A model generated the notes under the pieces. That model did no database searches, was not told where the DNA came from, and was given only the letters and a program-made list of their open reading frames with translations. Positions 1 to 12,438 of a stretch of 64,000 nucleotides of DNA are shown piece after piece (the first letter of the stretch is position 1; each line of letters opens with the position of its first letter). The stretch comes from Escherichia coli (GTDB lineage: Bacteria; Pseudomonadota; Gammaproteobacteria; Enterobacterales; Enterobacteriaceae). The translations under genes and the position numbers were made by a program. The DNA is taken from assembly GCF_030013205.1 (NCBI RefSeq), contig NZ_CP122648.1. The stretch is one strand, 5' to 3'.

Positions 1-1448
<1,448 letters not shown>

Positions 1449-1540
1449 CTATTAATTGGCTGATCGGACTTGTTCGGCGTACAAGTGTACGCTATTGTGC
1501 ATTCGAAACTTACTCTATGTGCGACTTACAGAGGTATTGA

Positions 1541-2761
1541 ATGAAACGTGCAGTGATTACTGGCCTGGGCATTGTTTCCAGCATCGGTAATAACCAGCAG
1601 GAAGTCCTGGCATCTCTGCGTGAAGGACGTTCAGGGATCACTTTCTCTCAGGAGCTGAAGGATTCCGGCATGCGTAGCCACGTCTGGGGCAACGTAAAAC
1701 TGGATACCACTGGCCTCATTGACCGCAAAGTTGTGCGCTTTATGAGCGACGCATCCATTTATGCATTCCTTTCTATGGAGCAGGCAATTGCAGATGCTGG
1801 CCTCTCCCCGGAAGCTTACCAGAATAACCCGCGCGTTGGCCTGATTGCAGGTTCTGGCGGCGGTTCCCCGCGTTTCCAGGTCTTCGGCGCTGACGCAATG
1901 CGCGGCCCGCGCGGCCTGAAAGCGGTTGGCCCGTATGTGGTCACCAAAGCGATGGCATCTGGCGTTTCTGCCTGCCTCGCCACGCCGTTTAAAATTCACG
2001 GCGTTAACTACTCCATCAGCTCCGCGTGTGCGACCTCCGCACACTGTATCGGTAACGCAGTAGAGCAGATCCAACTGGGCAAACAGGACATCGTGTTTGC
2101 TGGCGGCGGCGAAGAGCTGTGCTGGGAAATGGCTTGCGAATTCGACGCAATGGGCGCGCTGTCTACCAAATACAACGACACCCCGGAAAAAGCCTCCCGT
2201 ACTTATGACGCTCACCGTGACGGTTTCGTTATCGCTGGCGGCGGCGGTATGGTGGTGGTCGAAGAACTGGAACACGCGTTGGCACGTGGTGCTCATATCT
2301 ACGCTGAAATCGTTGGCTACGGCGCAACGTCTGATGGCGCAGACATGGTTGCTCCGTCTGGCGAAGGCGCAGTGCGTTGCATGAAGATGGCGATGCACGG
2401 TGTTGATACCCCAATCGACTACCTGAACTCCCACGGTACTTCGACTCCGGTTGGCGACGTGAAAGAGCTGGCGGCTATCCGTGAAGTGTTCGGCGATAAG
2501 AGCCCGGCGATTTCTGCAACCAAAGCAATGACCGGTCACTCTCTGGGCGCTGCTGGCGTACAGGAAGCTATCTACTCTCTGCTGATGCTGGAACACGGCT
2601 TTATCGCCCCGAGCATCAACATTGAAGAGCTGGACGAACAGGCTGCGGGTCTGAACATCGTGACCGAAACGACCGATCGCGAACTGACCACCGTGATGTC
2701 TAACAGCTTCGGCTTCGGCGGCACCAACGCCACGCTGGTAATGCGTAAGCTGAAAGATTAA
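1541..2761 (+). CDS. fabB: 3-oxoacyl-ACP synthase I (KAS I)
   Basis: 406-aa [25 protein letters not shown]... with the characteristic ketosynthase sequence; expected neighbours present. Confidence 0.95.
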
Positions 2762-2767
2762 TTCGGA

Positions 2768-2803
2768 GTAGGTCGGATAGGACGCGTCAGCGTCGCATCC
2801 GAC
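2768..2803. repeat. REP-like palindromic element downstream of fabB
   Basis: gtaggtcggataggacgcgtcagcgtcgcatccgac, a typical enterobacterial REP unit with a GC-rich imperfect palindrome. Confidence 0.5.
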
Positions 2804-3022
2804 GATATGCGGCAATGCTGCCTCCGGTACTAAAGAATAAGGGAACCCGATGGTTCCCTTTTTCACATTATTGACAATCGCCGCCTGTTCCAGGCAAACT
2901 TCCCGCTTTGTCGATTTCCTTCTGAAAAGACGTACGCGTTAAATCCTGCCAACGCACCGTAACCCTGAAACCAGAGATATGAGACGGGGAAATTCCTCGC
3001 CTTGCGCTGCATTCTGGAGTAA

Positions 3023-5196
<2,174 letters not shown>

Positions 5197-5297
5197 TACG
5201 TATCCTTATACCTGAAATCTTCGCAAGTATGCCTGGCCGCGAGATTATGGCACACTTGTCCGGTTAACTCTCGTCTCATACAGGTAACACAAACGTG

Positions 5298-5317
5298 AAA
5301 ATCCTTGTTGATGAAAA
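5298..5317. repeat. attL core: left copy of 20-bp direct repeat AAAATCCTTGTTGATGAAAA (native pdxB start GTG-AAA-ATC-CTT-GTT-GAT-GAA)
   Basis: Exact 20-bp repeat also at 32441..32460; the left copy is preceded by GTG and continues the pdxB N-terminal codons (V)KILVDE before diverging into phage DNA. Confidence 0.7.
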
Positions 5318-5395
5318 AAATGATGATTTAATTTATTGATATAAAAGGATTTATATCAGCACGTGTCCACGTAGTGACCACATTTTCGAGTTACA

Positions 5396-5433
5396 GATAA
5401 CACAAAGCCCGTTTTCACGGGCTTTGTGTTATC
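5396..5433. terminator. Long perfect hairpin (16-bp stem), probable bidirectional terminator
   Basis: gataacacaaagcccg / cgggctttgtgttatc inverted repeat just downstream of the minus-strand cargo operon ending at 5463. Confidence 0.5.
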
Positions 5434-5462
5434 TGGATTGTGGCTAAGCCACATGATTTATG

Positions 5463-6356
5463 CTATTTCCAGTTACAAGCAGCTTGAAGTGGTTTTAGCG
5501 CGTTTGACAGGCCGTTTAAATTGAAAGTTGCACTTACAGGGCTCTCATTATAAGGAGTTATTTTTGTATACATTTTGTTTGAGTTGGCTAGTTTTCGGAT
5601 GAAATCAATGTCATTACCTTTATAAAAAACAGCCTTTGTATCTGTAGATACTAGCCAGTTTCGCTCAACTGCTTTCTGTTTATCAAGACGATAAAGCATG
5701 CTGGTTTGTTCAAGGCCTAAATATACATCCCAACTAAGAAATACTTCGGTTTTCTTTTCTCGGCAAGCTATAAACAGAGTGGGAGTAACCGCTTCTCCAA
5801 ATGGAGTTCTGATATAATCATCACTTTCTAACGATAAAATTACATTTTTCGAATCATCAATTGGCGATGTAGTAATGGATGTGTGCCATTTTCCTACATC
5901 TGTGGCTTTCTCTAATTTTGATTCAGCTTGAACAGCTTTATCCTGTGGGAATAGTTTATCGTAGCAGTTTAGTCTGGCTTCTTTATCATTTTCTGCTCGG
6001 CATTTAGATATCTCAGAAAGATTTGGTTGCTGAGCCTCTGTTGTTACTGGCTTTTCCGTTTTAGATTTTGAGTTTACAGATGGAGTAAATGTTGGAGAAA
6101 AAAAACGATCATAACAAGATAAACGTCTGTCATCATCTTTCTCATCAGGGCATTGATCTCTGCTTTCGAATTTTTCAGCAACTTTCGTTCGAGTCGGTTG
6201 TATTGACTTATCGTAACAAGAAAGTCTGTCTTTATTATTTTCTATTGCTCGGCACTGGAGTACTGCATTGAAGTTATTATGTTCAGTTGCTGCGTGAACA
6301 GGCAGTACACTAATTGATATAAATGATGCACCTATAGAAAAAATTATATTTTTCAT
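5463..6356 (-). CDS. Secreted protein with three Cys-containing repeats (RLSCYDK-type) and a C-terminal domain of unknown function
   Basis: 297-aa ORF; N-terminal signal peptide (cleavage near VHA-AT); three ~40-aa repeats each with an R-L-(S/N)-C-Y-D-(K/R) motif; AT-rich, atypical composition; inside the prophage boundaries. Confidence 0.6.
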   Translation of the reverse strand: MKNIIFSIGASFISISVLPVHAATEHNNFNAVLQCRAIENNKDRLSCYDKSIQPTRTKVAEKFESRDQCPDEKDDDRRLSCYDRFFSPTFTPSVNSKSKTEKPVTTEAQQPNLSEISKCRAENDKEARLNCYDKLFPQDKAVQAESKLEKATDVGKWHTSITTSPIDDSKNVILSLESDDYIRTPFGEAVTPTLFIACREKKTEVFLSWDVYLGLEQTSMLYRLDKQKAVERNWLVSTDTKAVFYKGNDIDFIRKLANSNKMYTKITPYNESPVSATFNLNGLSNALKPLQAACNWK

Positions 6357-6360
6357 TTTG

Positions 6361-6702
6361 TTATCCTTTTGGTTTAGTAAGAAATACTAAAATTCCGATA
6401 ATGATATCGCCAATAACCCATAAACTTCCAATGGTAATTAAACCTAAGCCTGTACCAATAACTGCACCGGCTTTTTCGGCATCGGATGTAGCATTATTTA
6501 TTATTTCACTAGTGCCTCCCAGTCCAACTAAAAGCGTATAGATCATAAAAATATTAAATAATATAAATATCCACTTGATGAGCTTTCCAAAAAATGAACG
6601 CTTAAGTTTTTTTATTTGTTTACCGCAAGCAGGGCAATACAATGCTGAATCGCTCACCTCTTTCTGGCATTCAGGACATTTGATTAATGCCATGTAATCC
6701 AC
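6361..6702 (-). CDS. Small membrane protein with N-terminal zinc ribbon (CPEC...CPAC) and two predicted TM helices
   Basis: 113-aa ORF (real start may be the Met at 6690, MALIKCPECQ...); 4-bp gap to the downstream secreted-protein gene suggests an operon. Confidence 0.55.
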   Translation of the reverse strand: MDYMALIKCPECQKEVSDSALYCPACGKQIKKLKRSFFGKLIKWIFILFNIFMIYTLLVGLGGTSEIINNATSDAEKAGAVIGTGLGLITIGSLWVIGDIIIGILVFLTKPKG

Positions 6703-6954
6703 CTCCTTTGGATCAATACGAGTTGATATTTGTTACAAAACATTTTGATTTTATCAGATTTTTTTTTATTGATAAGTGTCAATTGATTAGCTGGTATAGA
6801 GTGAGACATATAGAAGGGCAGATCTGTATCAGTAGTGATGCAAAAATCCCACAGTTTCATGGAATTTTTGCATTTAGAGCCGTGAGATAGGGTGCCTTAT
6901 CGACCTTACCCTGGCAACCGATTGACGGGGGATTACTCCCCCGTCGCGGTTTCC

Positions 6955-7095
6955 TTACTGCTTACACTGTAAGAACGCCGCAAACTCCGCTCCCCAGAAA
7001 CTCATCCGTATTTCGCACAGCGAACCGTGCAACATCCAGATGATGAGGATTACCGTCACGCAGAACGTGATGGCTGTAAGCGATTTTTGCGACAT
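6955..7095 (-). CDS. hok: Hok/Gef-family type I toxin (46 aa)
   Basis: Unlisted short ORF MSQKSLTAITFCVTVILIIWMLHGSLCEIRMSFWGAEFAAFLQCKQ: single TM helix followed by SLCEIR and E-F/V-AAF motifs typical of Hok/Gef; AAGGAG Shine-Dalgarno 9 nt upstream; structured flanks. Confidence 0.65.
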   Translation of the reverse strand: MSQKSLTAITFCVTVILIIWMLHGSLCEIRMSFWGAEFAAFLQCKQ

Positions 7096-7285
7096 AGCAC
7101 TTGCTCCTTTTCCGGAGAGGCGCTAACCTTTCACTTGCTTAGGGTAGACGGTTAGGGCCTCGGTTAAACAAAAGTGTTTTCCGGGGCCTTTCCACATCTG
7201 GCCTTCGGGTATTCCCTCCGACCATCAGCCGAAAGGCACCCGCGCGTAATCTATCGCTTTTTTGTTACTCCGGCAATTCTGCTTG

Positions 7286-7546
7286 TTAATTCTGAGGTAA
7301 AGGCAAACTCATCTGATTGTTTCCCCTGTGTGAAGCTGGTAGCTCATGCCACGGGATACCTTCTGAAGAGTGAACGCCGGAGGCGTGTTTCGATGTGAAT
7401 TTATGGAAAGCTTCCAGTGTTGAGAAGCATACGCCGCATTCCAGATTGTTACACTGGTAATACTTTTGCCGCACGGTGTTTGAATCATTTTCCGGACGAC
7501 TTGTGCGGATACGGGCAGATGCGCCACAAAGCGGACAACGGAACAT
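7286..7546 (-). CDS. ogr: Ogr/Delta-type zinc-finger late transcription activator
   Basis: 86-aa ORF MFRCPLCGASARIRTSR...YYQCNNLECGVCF, with the Cys-X2-Cys...Cys-X4-Cys pattern and N-terminal similarity to P2 Ogr. Confidence 0.85.
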   Translation of the reverse strand: MFRCPLCGASARIRTSRPENDSNTVRQKYYQCNNLECGVCFSTLEAFHKFTSKHASGVHSSEGIPWHELPASHRGNNQMSLPLPQN

Positions 7547-7630
7547 AGCGACCTCCCTTAACGTGGTGTTGCCGCTATTCTAGATTGTACGTTCCCTAAT
7601 TCCAACTAACAGCTCGCTCTGTGCGAAGAG

Positions 7631-7686
7631 TGAAAATTGAACTTTCAATAGTTGTTGAACTTTCATACATCCAATGTGAAAATTCA
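7631..7686. promoter_or_regulatory. Direct repeats (TTGAACTTTCA x2, TGAAAATT x2) upstream of the orphan cargo gene
   Basis: 11-bp exact repeat at 7637..7647 and 7655..7665, plus TGAAAATT at 7631 and 7677, in the AT-rich leader of the 7738 ORF. Confidence 0.35.
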
Positions 7687-7737
7687 TACGTTCATAATAG
7701 TTAAAATTTAAAATATTGTATATCAGGTGAATAAAGC

Positions 7738-8760
7738 ATGGGAAGAGATATAACGCTGTACCCTAAAAAAGCAACTAGAAACGAACTTAAAAATTACCTT
7801 GAAAATTTAGGTTTTAAAAGGTGTAAACATTTGTGGGAATGGCCCCAAGGAACGTTGAATTACTCTTGGTTTGATGATACGGACTTCAAATCTACAGATG
7901 GAGTTTCGGCTGATATATATCCTGTTTCAAATGACGAATTACACATATCTGGTAATAAATGGGCATTGCATGTGCGTAATTTATATAGCGCTAGTTGGCA
8001 TGATGTAAAAATGCTTAATGATGTTCTAAAAGGCGCAAGGAGTCTTTTTGGTGGAACACTTATAGGTGATTATGGGAAAAATAGGTACGCTCCTCTATGG
8101 AAGGATTCTAGTAGTCCGATCAGTCGTGGCATTTCTTCAATATTTAATCATGTCCATCATGAGATTTCCGCTGTTAAACATGCCTTACCTGAACCTTCTA
8201 TTAAATTAAACCTACCGGAAGATGGCGGCTTATCCGAATACTTTGATTACATGCAATGTATGGATCCCAGTAGAGTTATATATAATGGATTAGTACCTTT
8301 TGCGGTTGCTATGTTTGAATACTTTTTCTCTAGAGCTTTTCAAATACTTATAAAGTACGATCCTTTCGCAATAGCAAAAAGAACATCGTATAAGCAAAAA
8401 GTTGATTTTGATATTCTGCTTGAGATAGAGAAAGGAAATATTTCAATAGAAAGTGTTATTGCAAGAAATTACACTTTTCAAAACTTAACCCACCTAAACA
8501 AAGCATATAAAGAGTGGCTGGATATAGATGTGAGAGCGATTCTTTATAAGAAAAAAAGAATTGGAAAATCAGTTGATTTTCTTGAGAATCGAATTTCTGA
8601 AATCATACAATATAGACATGGGATAGTTCATCACTTTGAGTTGGATAGGACCTTAAATCGGGATGGATATATTCATATATTAGATGCGCTAGAAAAAAGC
8701 ATAATTGAATTTATCCATTACATAGAAGGCAAATACAAATTTAAATTAAATGCGTATTAA
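7738..8760 (+). CDS. Orphan AT-rich cargo gene; hypothetical protein with HEPN-like R-x4-H motif near the C-terminus (candidate abortive-infection/defence protein)
   Basis: 340-aa ORF on the strand opposite the flanking late genes D and ogr; low GC; strong start context; C-terminal ...YRHGIVHHFELDRT...; followed by a hairpin. Confidence 0.6.
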   Translation: MGRDITLYPKKATRNELKNYLENLGFKRCKHLWEWPQGTLNYSWFDDTDFKSTDGVSADIYPVSNDELHISGNKWALHVRNLYSASWHDVKMLNDVLKGARSLFGGTLIGDYGKNRYAPLWKDSSSPISRGISSIFNHVHHEISAVKHALPEPSIKLNLPEDGGLSEYFDYMQCMDPSRVIYNGLVPFAVAMFEYFFSRAFQILIKYDPFAIAKRTSYKQKVDFDILLEIEKGNISIESVIARNYTFQNLTHLNKAYKEWLDIDVRAILYKKKRIGKSVDFLENRISEIIQYRHGIVHHFELDRTLNRDGYIHILDALEKSIIEFIHYIEGKYKFKLNAY

Positions 8761-8788
8761 GCAATCAACCTTACATAGGGATGACAAA

Positions 8789-8826
8789 GTCCGCTTCTGA
8801 CACGGAGCGGACCGTCGTTTATGTTT
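8789..8826 (+). terminator. Putative intrinsic terminator after the orphan cargo gene
   Basis: gtccgc...gcggac stem followed by a T-rich tract (cgtcgtttatgttt). Confidence 0.4.
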
Positions 8827-8880
8827 AATTCTATACTGTAAACTTGCCAGTTTAAGTTTGAGCTAATATGTCTAAGTTGC

Positions 8881-9990
8881 TCACTCTGTTTCTGCTATCC
8901 ATTCCGGGATTTTTGCCTCAAGCTCAAGCTGTGTGGTAAAGCCGCTGTTATCAATGGTGTGCTCGGCTTTCGCAATAATCCAGTCCTGATTATCAATCTC
9001 GCTTTTAAATCCTGTTACCGTGCCATGCATTTCGGGGTAGAGTTCTGCACGTCCACGCACCAGCGTGATGGAAAACGATGCGGCTCCGCGTTGTAGCTGC
9101 TGCCACTTTGCCGCCGCTGCGCGTCTTGCTGCCTGCTCGTTCTGATAAGTCTTGCGTAACACAAACACATTGCCTTCCGCGCCTTCCATATAATCACCTT
9201 CACGGCTGCTGCTTTTCTCCTTTTTGGGTTTTGGCGGTTTGCGGCGTTTCACGCTGACTTTTTTCTTTTTCCCGTAATTAAGATCAAGCCAGTAAGCGCG
9301 TACCCCCGTATACGCCTCGCGGTCAGCAATGCGGAACTGATGGCGATCGCCGCTGCTGCGTGTGATGGCGAACGATGGCAACGGCTGGCCCTGTGCGTTC
9401 ACGCCACCGCCGGGCATGATGAATAACAGATTACCGCTTTTTACCGTGGTGATTGCGCCCAGCATTTCCGCCATGCGCGTAAGGAAGGACATGTCGCTTT
9501 CTTCAGTCTGGTCGGCGTGGTCGATTTCGATATCCATCAGCATTTCGCTGATTTGCGGTTTCAGGCCGTACCGATGAGCGATGGCGGATACCACACGTTC
9601 AACGGTCACATCATGCCAGGACGCCTCACGTTTAACATTAAATTCATCCCGAAAATCTGCGCTTCTGGCTGAAACAGTCAGCCTGTCCGGCGGTCCTTCG
9701 TGAGCGATTTCATCAATAATGTAAGTGCCTTTTTCTGTCAGCGGTTCCCCTTTCCAGCCAATGAGAACCGTCAGACGCGCGCCCCGTGGCGGTAGCTGCA
9801 ACTGGCCATCGGCATCATCCAGCGTGATGGTGAGCTGGTCCGCCTCAAATCCCCGGTTGTCGGTCAGTGACAGGCTCATCAGGCGTTCTGCCACGCCGGA
9901 CAGCGTTTTACCCTCGGCGAGAATATCAAAATCCGGCATTTTCACGGGGTCTGTGCCCTGACTGAGCAATTGCATGGTGGTGTCGGTCAT
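8881..9990 (-). CDS. P2 gpD-like tail protein (late control gene D family)
   Basis: ORF 8881..10122; likely true start is ATG at 9990, preceded by GGGAGGG (MTDTTMQLLSQGTDPVK...); Lys-rich central stretch and overall gpD-like size. Confidence 0.75.
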   Translation of the reverse strand: MTDTTMQLLSQGTDPVKMPDFDILAEGKTLSGVAERLMSLSLTDNRGFEADQLTITLDDADGQLQLPPRGARLTVLIGWKGEPLTEKGTYIIDEIAHEGPPDRLTVSARSADFRDEFNVKREASWHDVTVERVVSAIAHRYGLKPQISEMLMDIEIDHADQTEESDMSFLTRMAEMLGAITTVKSGNLLFIMPGGGVNAQGQPLPSFAITRSSGDRHQFRIADREAYTGVRAYWLDLNYGKKKKVSVKRRKPPKPKKEKSSSREGDYMEGAEGNVFVLRKTYQNEQAARRAAAAKWQQLQRGAASFSITLVRGRAELYPEMHGTVTGFKSEIDNQDWIIAKAEHTIDNSGFTTQLELEAKIPEWIAETE

Positions 9991-10147
9991 CTGTTCCCTC
10001 CCTGTGCGGCATGGTCGCATGTGCGTGCGGAGGGGGTTACTGCTTTTTGTTGTCGCCGTGGCGGGAGAATAGCGCAGGGGTGAGATTACGCGCGTGGTGG
10101 GTGATGATTGTTGCTGAATCATTTAACGGATACAAGGGGCTGAAGCT

Positions 10148-11332
10148 ATGAGTGAAACTCGTTTTCATGGTGCCCGTGTTACGGAAAATACCGACCTGGT
10201 AACAGCGATTAACGATGTTGATTCCAGCGTTATCGGTATCGTGGCAACGGCGGATGATGCGGACGCGAAGCTGTTCCCGCTGAACAAGCCCACATTGCTG
10301 ACCCGCGTCAATGACGTGCTGGGAAAATGCGGAACAACGGGGACGCTTTATCGTGCGCTTAAGGCCATCGCAGACCAGGTGAGCACAAAGGTGATCGTCG
10401 TTCGCGTGGCTGAACACAAAGAAGAAGACGGAAAGACGCAGGATCAACTGGTTATCGGTGGTTCTGAGGATGACGGCAGCTATACGGGGATGTATGCGCT
10501 GCTTGTTGCAGAGCAGGATGAAAGCATCGGATACCGTCCGCGTATTCTGGCCGCGCCGGAGCTGGACACGGAGGCTGTAACAAAATCCCTGTGCGTGATT
10601 GCAGGTAAACTGCGCGCGTTTGTGTATGCCTCATGTCACGGCTGTAACACGATGGCTGAGGCGATTACCTACCGCCAGAAATTCAACGAACGTGAGGTGA
10701 TGCTCTTATGGCCGGACTTCATCGCCTACAACCCGAAAAGTGGCAAAAACGAAACGTTCCCCGCGCCTGCCTATGCGTGCGGCCTTCGTGCGTACATTGA
10801 CCATGAGCAGGGCTGGCACAAATCGCTGTCCAACGTTCCGGTTAAAAATGTGCTGGGGATGTCCAGGCATGTGTTCTGGTCGTTGCAGGCCGAAGACAGT
10901 GATGCCAACAGCCTCAACAACAAAGAAATCACGACCATTATTCGTCGCAACGGGTTCCGCTTCTGGGGCAACCGCACACCGGAAACGAACGCCTACATCT
11001 TTGAGGTGTATACCCGAACCGCACAGGTGCTGGCTGATTCAATTGCGGAAGCGCAGTTTGAAACCATCGACAGTCCACTGACGCCTGCGAACGTGAAAGA
11101 TGTTATCAGTGCCATCAGGGCAAAACTGGATTCACTGGTTACTGCCGGGAAACTGATTGGGGCGTCGTGCTGGTATGACGTGGTGGATAACGGCACCACG
11201 AATTTACGTCAGGGGCGCGTGCGTATTCGCTACAAATATACGCCTGTTCCCCCGCTGGAAGACATGGAGCTTTACCAGTCGTTTACTGATGAATTCTTTG
11301 GTCCCGCATTTGCGGTGCTGGGAGGTGCCTGA
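10148..11332 (+). CDS. Contractile tail sheath protein (P2 gpFI-like)
   Basis: 394 aa; aligns by eye with P2 FI (FPLNKP, CxKLRAF, IRRxGFRFWGNRT, YxYTPVPPLE motifs). Confidence 0.9.
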   Translation: MSETRFHGARVTENTDLVTAINDVDSSVIGIVATADDADAKLFPLNKPTLLTRVNDVLGKCGTTGTLYRALKAIADQVSTKVIVVRVAEHKEEDGKTQDQLVIGGSEDDGSYTGMYALLVAEQDESIGYRPRILAAPELDTEAVTKSLCVIAGKLRAFVYASCHGCNTMAEAITYRQKFNEREVMLLWPDFIAYNPKSGKNETFPAPAYACGLRAYIDHEQGWHKSLSNVPVKNVLGMSRHVFWSLQAEDSDANSLNNKEITTIIRRNGFRFWGNRTPETNAYIFEVYTRTAQVLADSIAEAQFETIDSPLTPANVKDVISAIRAKLDSLVTAGKLIGASCWYDVVDNGTTNLRQGRVRIRYKYTPVPPLEDMELYQSFTDEFFGPAFAVLGGA

Positions 11333-11844
11333 TGGCTGTACCAAAACATCTTCGCTTTTTTACGCTGTTTGTGGATGGTGAAAACGAAGTGGGTAAGGTG
11401 ACGTCCGTCACTCTGCCTAAGCTGACGCGCAAAACCGACAGCTACCGGGGTGGTGGCATGATGGGTGCGGTAAGTATTGATCTCGGTCTGGACGACTCCG
11501 CGCTTGATGCGAGCTTTGTCATGGGGGGCGCAGTTCGTGAGCTGTTCCTTAAGTATGGCGGCACGATTGACGGCACGCTGCTGCGTTTTGCGGGTGAATA
11601 CTACACCGATGCAGAAAGCGACCTGTATGAAGTCGAAATGCGCGGACGTGTGACGGAAATTGATATGGGGGAAGCCAAACAGGGCGAAGCCACATCACAC
11701 ACTTACGCCATTAAAAACACCTACTACAAGCTGAGTGTTAACGATCGCCCGTTGTGGGAGATTGACCTGCTGAACTTCATTTACCGGAAGGACGGCAAGG
11801 ACATTGTGCCCGATCGCATCCGTTCCGCGCTCGGGCTTGGCTGA
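11332..11844 (+). CDS. Tail tube protein (P2 gpFII-like)
   Basis: 170 aa, immediately after the sheath gene with overlapping stop/start (ATGA). Confidence 0.85.
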   Translation: MAVPKHLRFFTLFVDGENEVGKVTSVTLPKLTRKTDSYRGGGMMGAVSIDLGLDDSALDASFVMGGAVRELFLKYGGTIDGTLLRFAGEYYTDAESDLYEVEMRGRVTEIDMGEAKQGEATSHTYAIKNTYYKLSVNDRPLWEIDLLNFIYRKDGKDIVPDRIRSALGLG

Positions 11845-11899
11845 TAAGTAATATGCAGGCGGCGCAGTGCGTCGCCTCTGACTGAAAAGGAGACAACTG

Positions 11900-12274
11900 A
11901 TGAAAGACATCGATACTGAAACCCGGAATAACACCGTGGCGGATGATGTGACGGCAGGTGAGGATATGGCTGTCGAACATGGCGTAAAACTGACCCGACC
12001 AATTGAGCGTGGTGGCGAAAAAATCACGTATGTGGAGATCACCGGGGCTATTGAACAGGCTGGATCCCTGCGTGGTCTGTCGCTGTCTGATGTGCTGAAT
12101 CTGAAAGCGGATACCATGTTCACGCTGTTGCCTCGCGTGACCTCGCCACGACTGGATGAAGTGATGATTAAAAAAATGTCGTCACGCGATTTTATTCAGT
12201 TGTGCGCTGTGGCTGTAAATTTTATGAGCGAGCCAGACTCTGGCGCGAAGAGCGTGCAGGAGACGGCAGCGTAA
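11900..12274 (+). CDS. Tail assembly chaperone (P2 gpE-like)
   Basis: 124-aa ORF between tube and tape-measure genes, with an overlapping -1 frame ORF (E'). Confidence 0.75.
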   Translation: MKDIDTETRNNTVADDVTAGEDMAVEHGVKLTRPIERGGEKITYVEITGAIEQAGSLRGLSLSDVLNLKADTMFTLLPRVTSPRLDEVMIKKMSSRDFIQLCAVAVNFMSEPDSGAKSVQETAA

Positions 12275-12438
12275 TCACCCTGGTGTGCTTTGAGCACATC
12301 GAAGATCTGGTGGCAGATATCGCCGCCATTTTTAACTGGTCGCCCGCCGAAATCTTCATGATGACGCCCGGCGAAGTGGTTAGCTGGCGTGAGCGGGCGG
12401 CACTTCGCAGCGGGAATGCAGACAATGAAGACTCTTGA
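12202..12438 (+). CDS. E' extension, -1 frame of the tail chaperone (predicted E+E' frameshift product)
   Basis: ORF in the -1 frame overlapping the 3' end of E; candidate slippery heptamer A-AAT-TTT at 12217..12223 in the E frame. Confidence 0.5.
   Translation: MRCGCKFYERARLWREERAGDGSVITLVCFEHIEDLVADIAAIFNWSPAEIFMMTPGEVVSWRERAALRSGNADNEDS
12217..12223 (+). promoter_or_regulatory. Candidate programmed -1 ribosomal frameshift site (AAATTTT)
   Basis: XXXYYYZ heptamer inside the E/E' overlap, in the correct phase for E to E' slippage. Confidence 0.4.

Noticed and set aside
1631-2866. 411-aa ORF antisense to fabB
   Set aside because: Fully overlaps the well-supported fabB gene on the opposite strand; typical shadow ORF, with no start context or recognisable protein.
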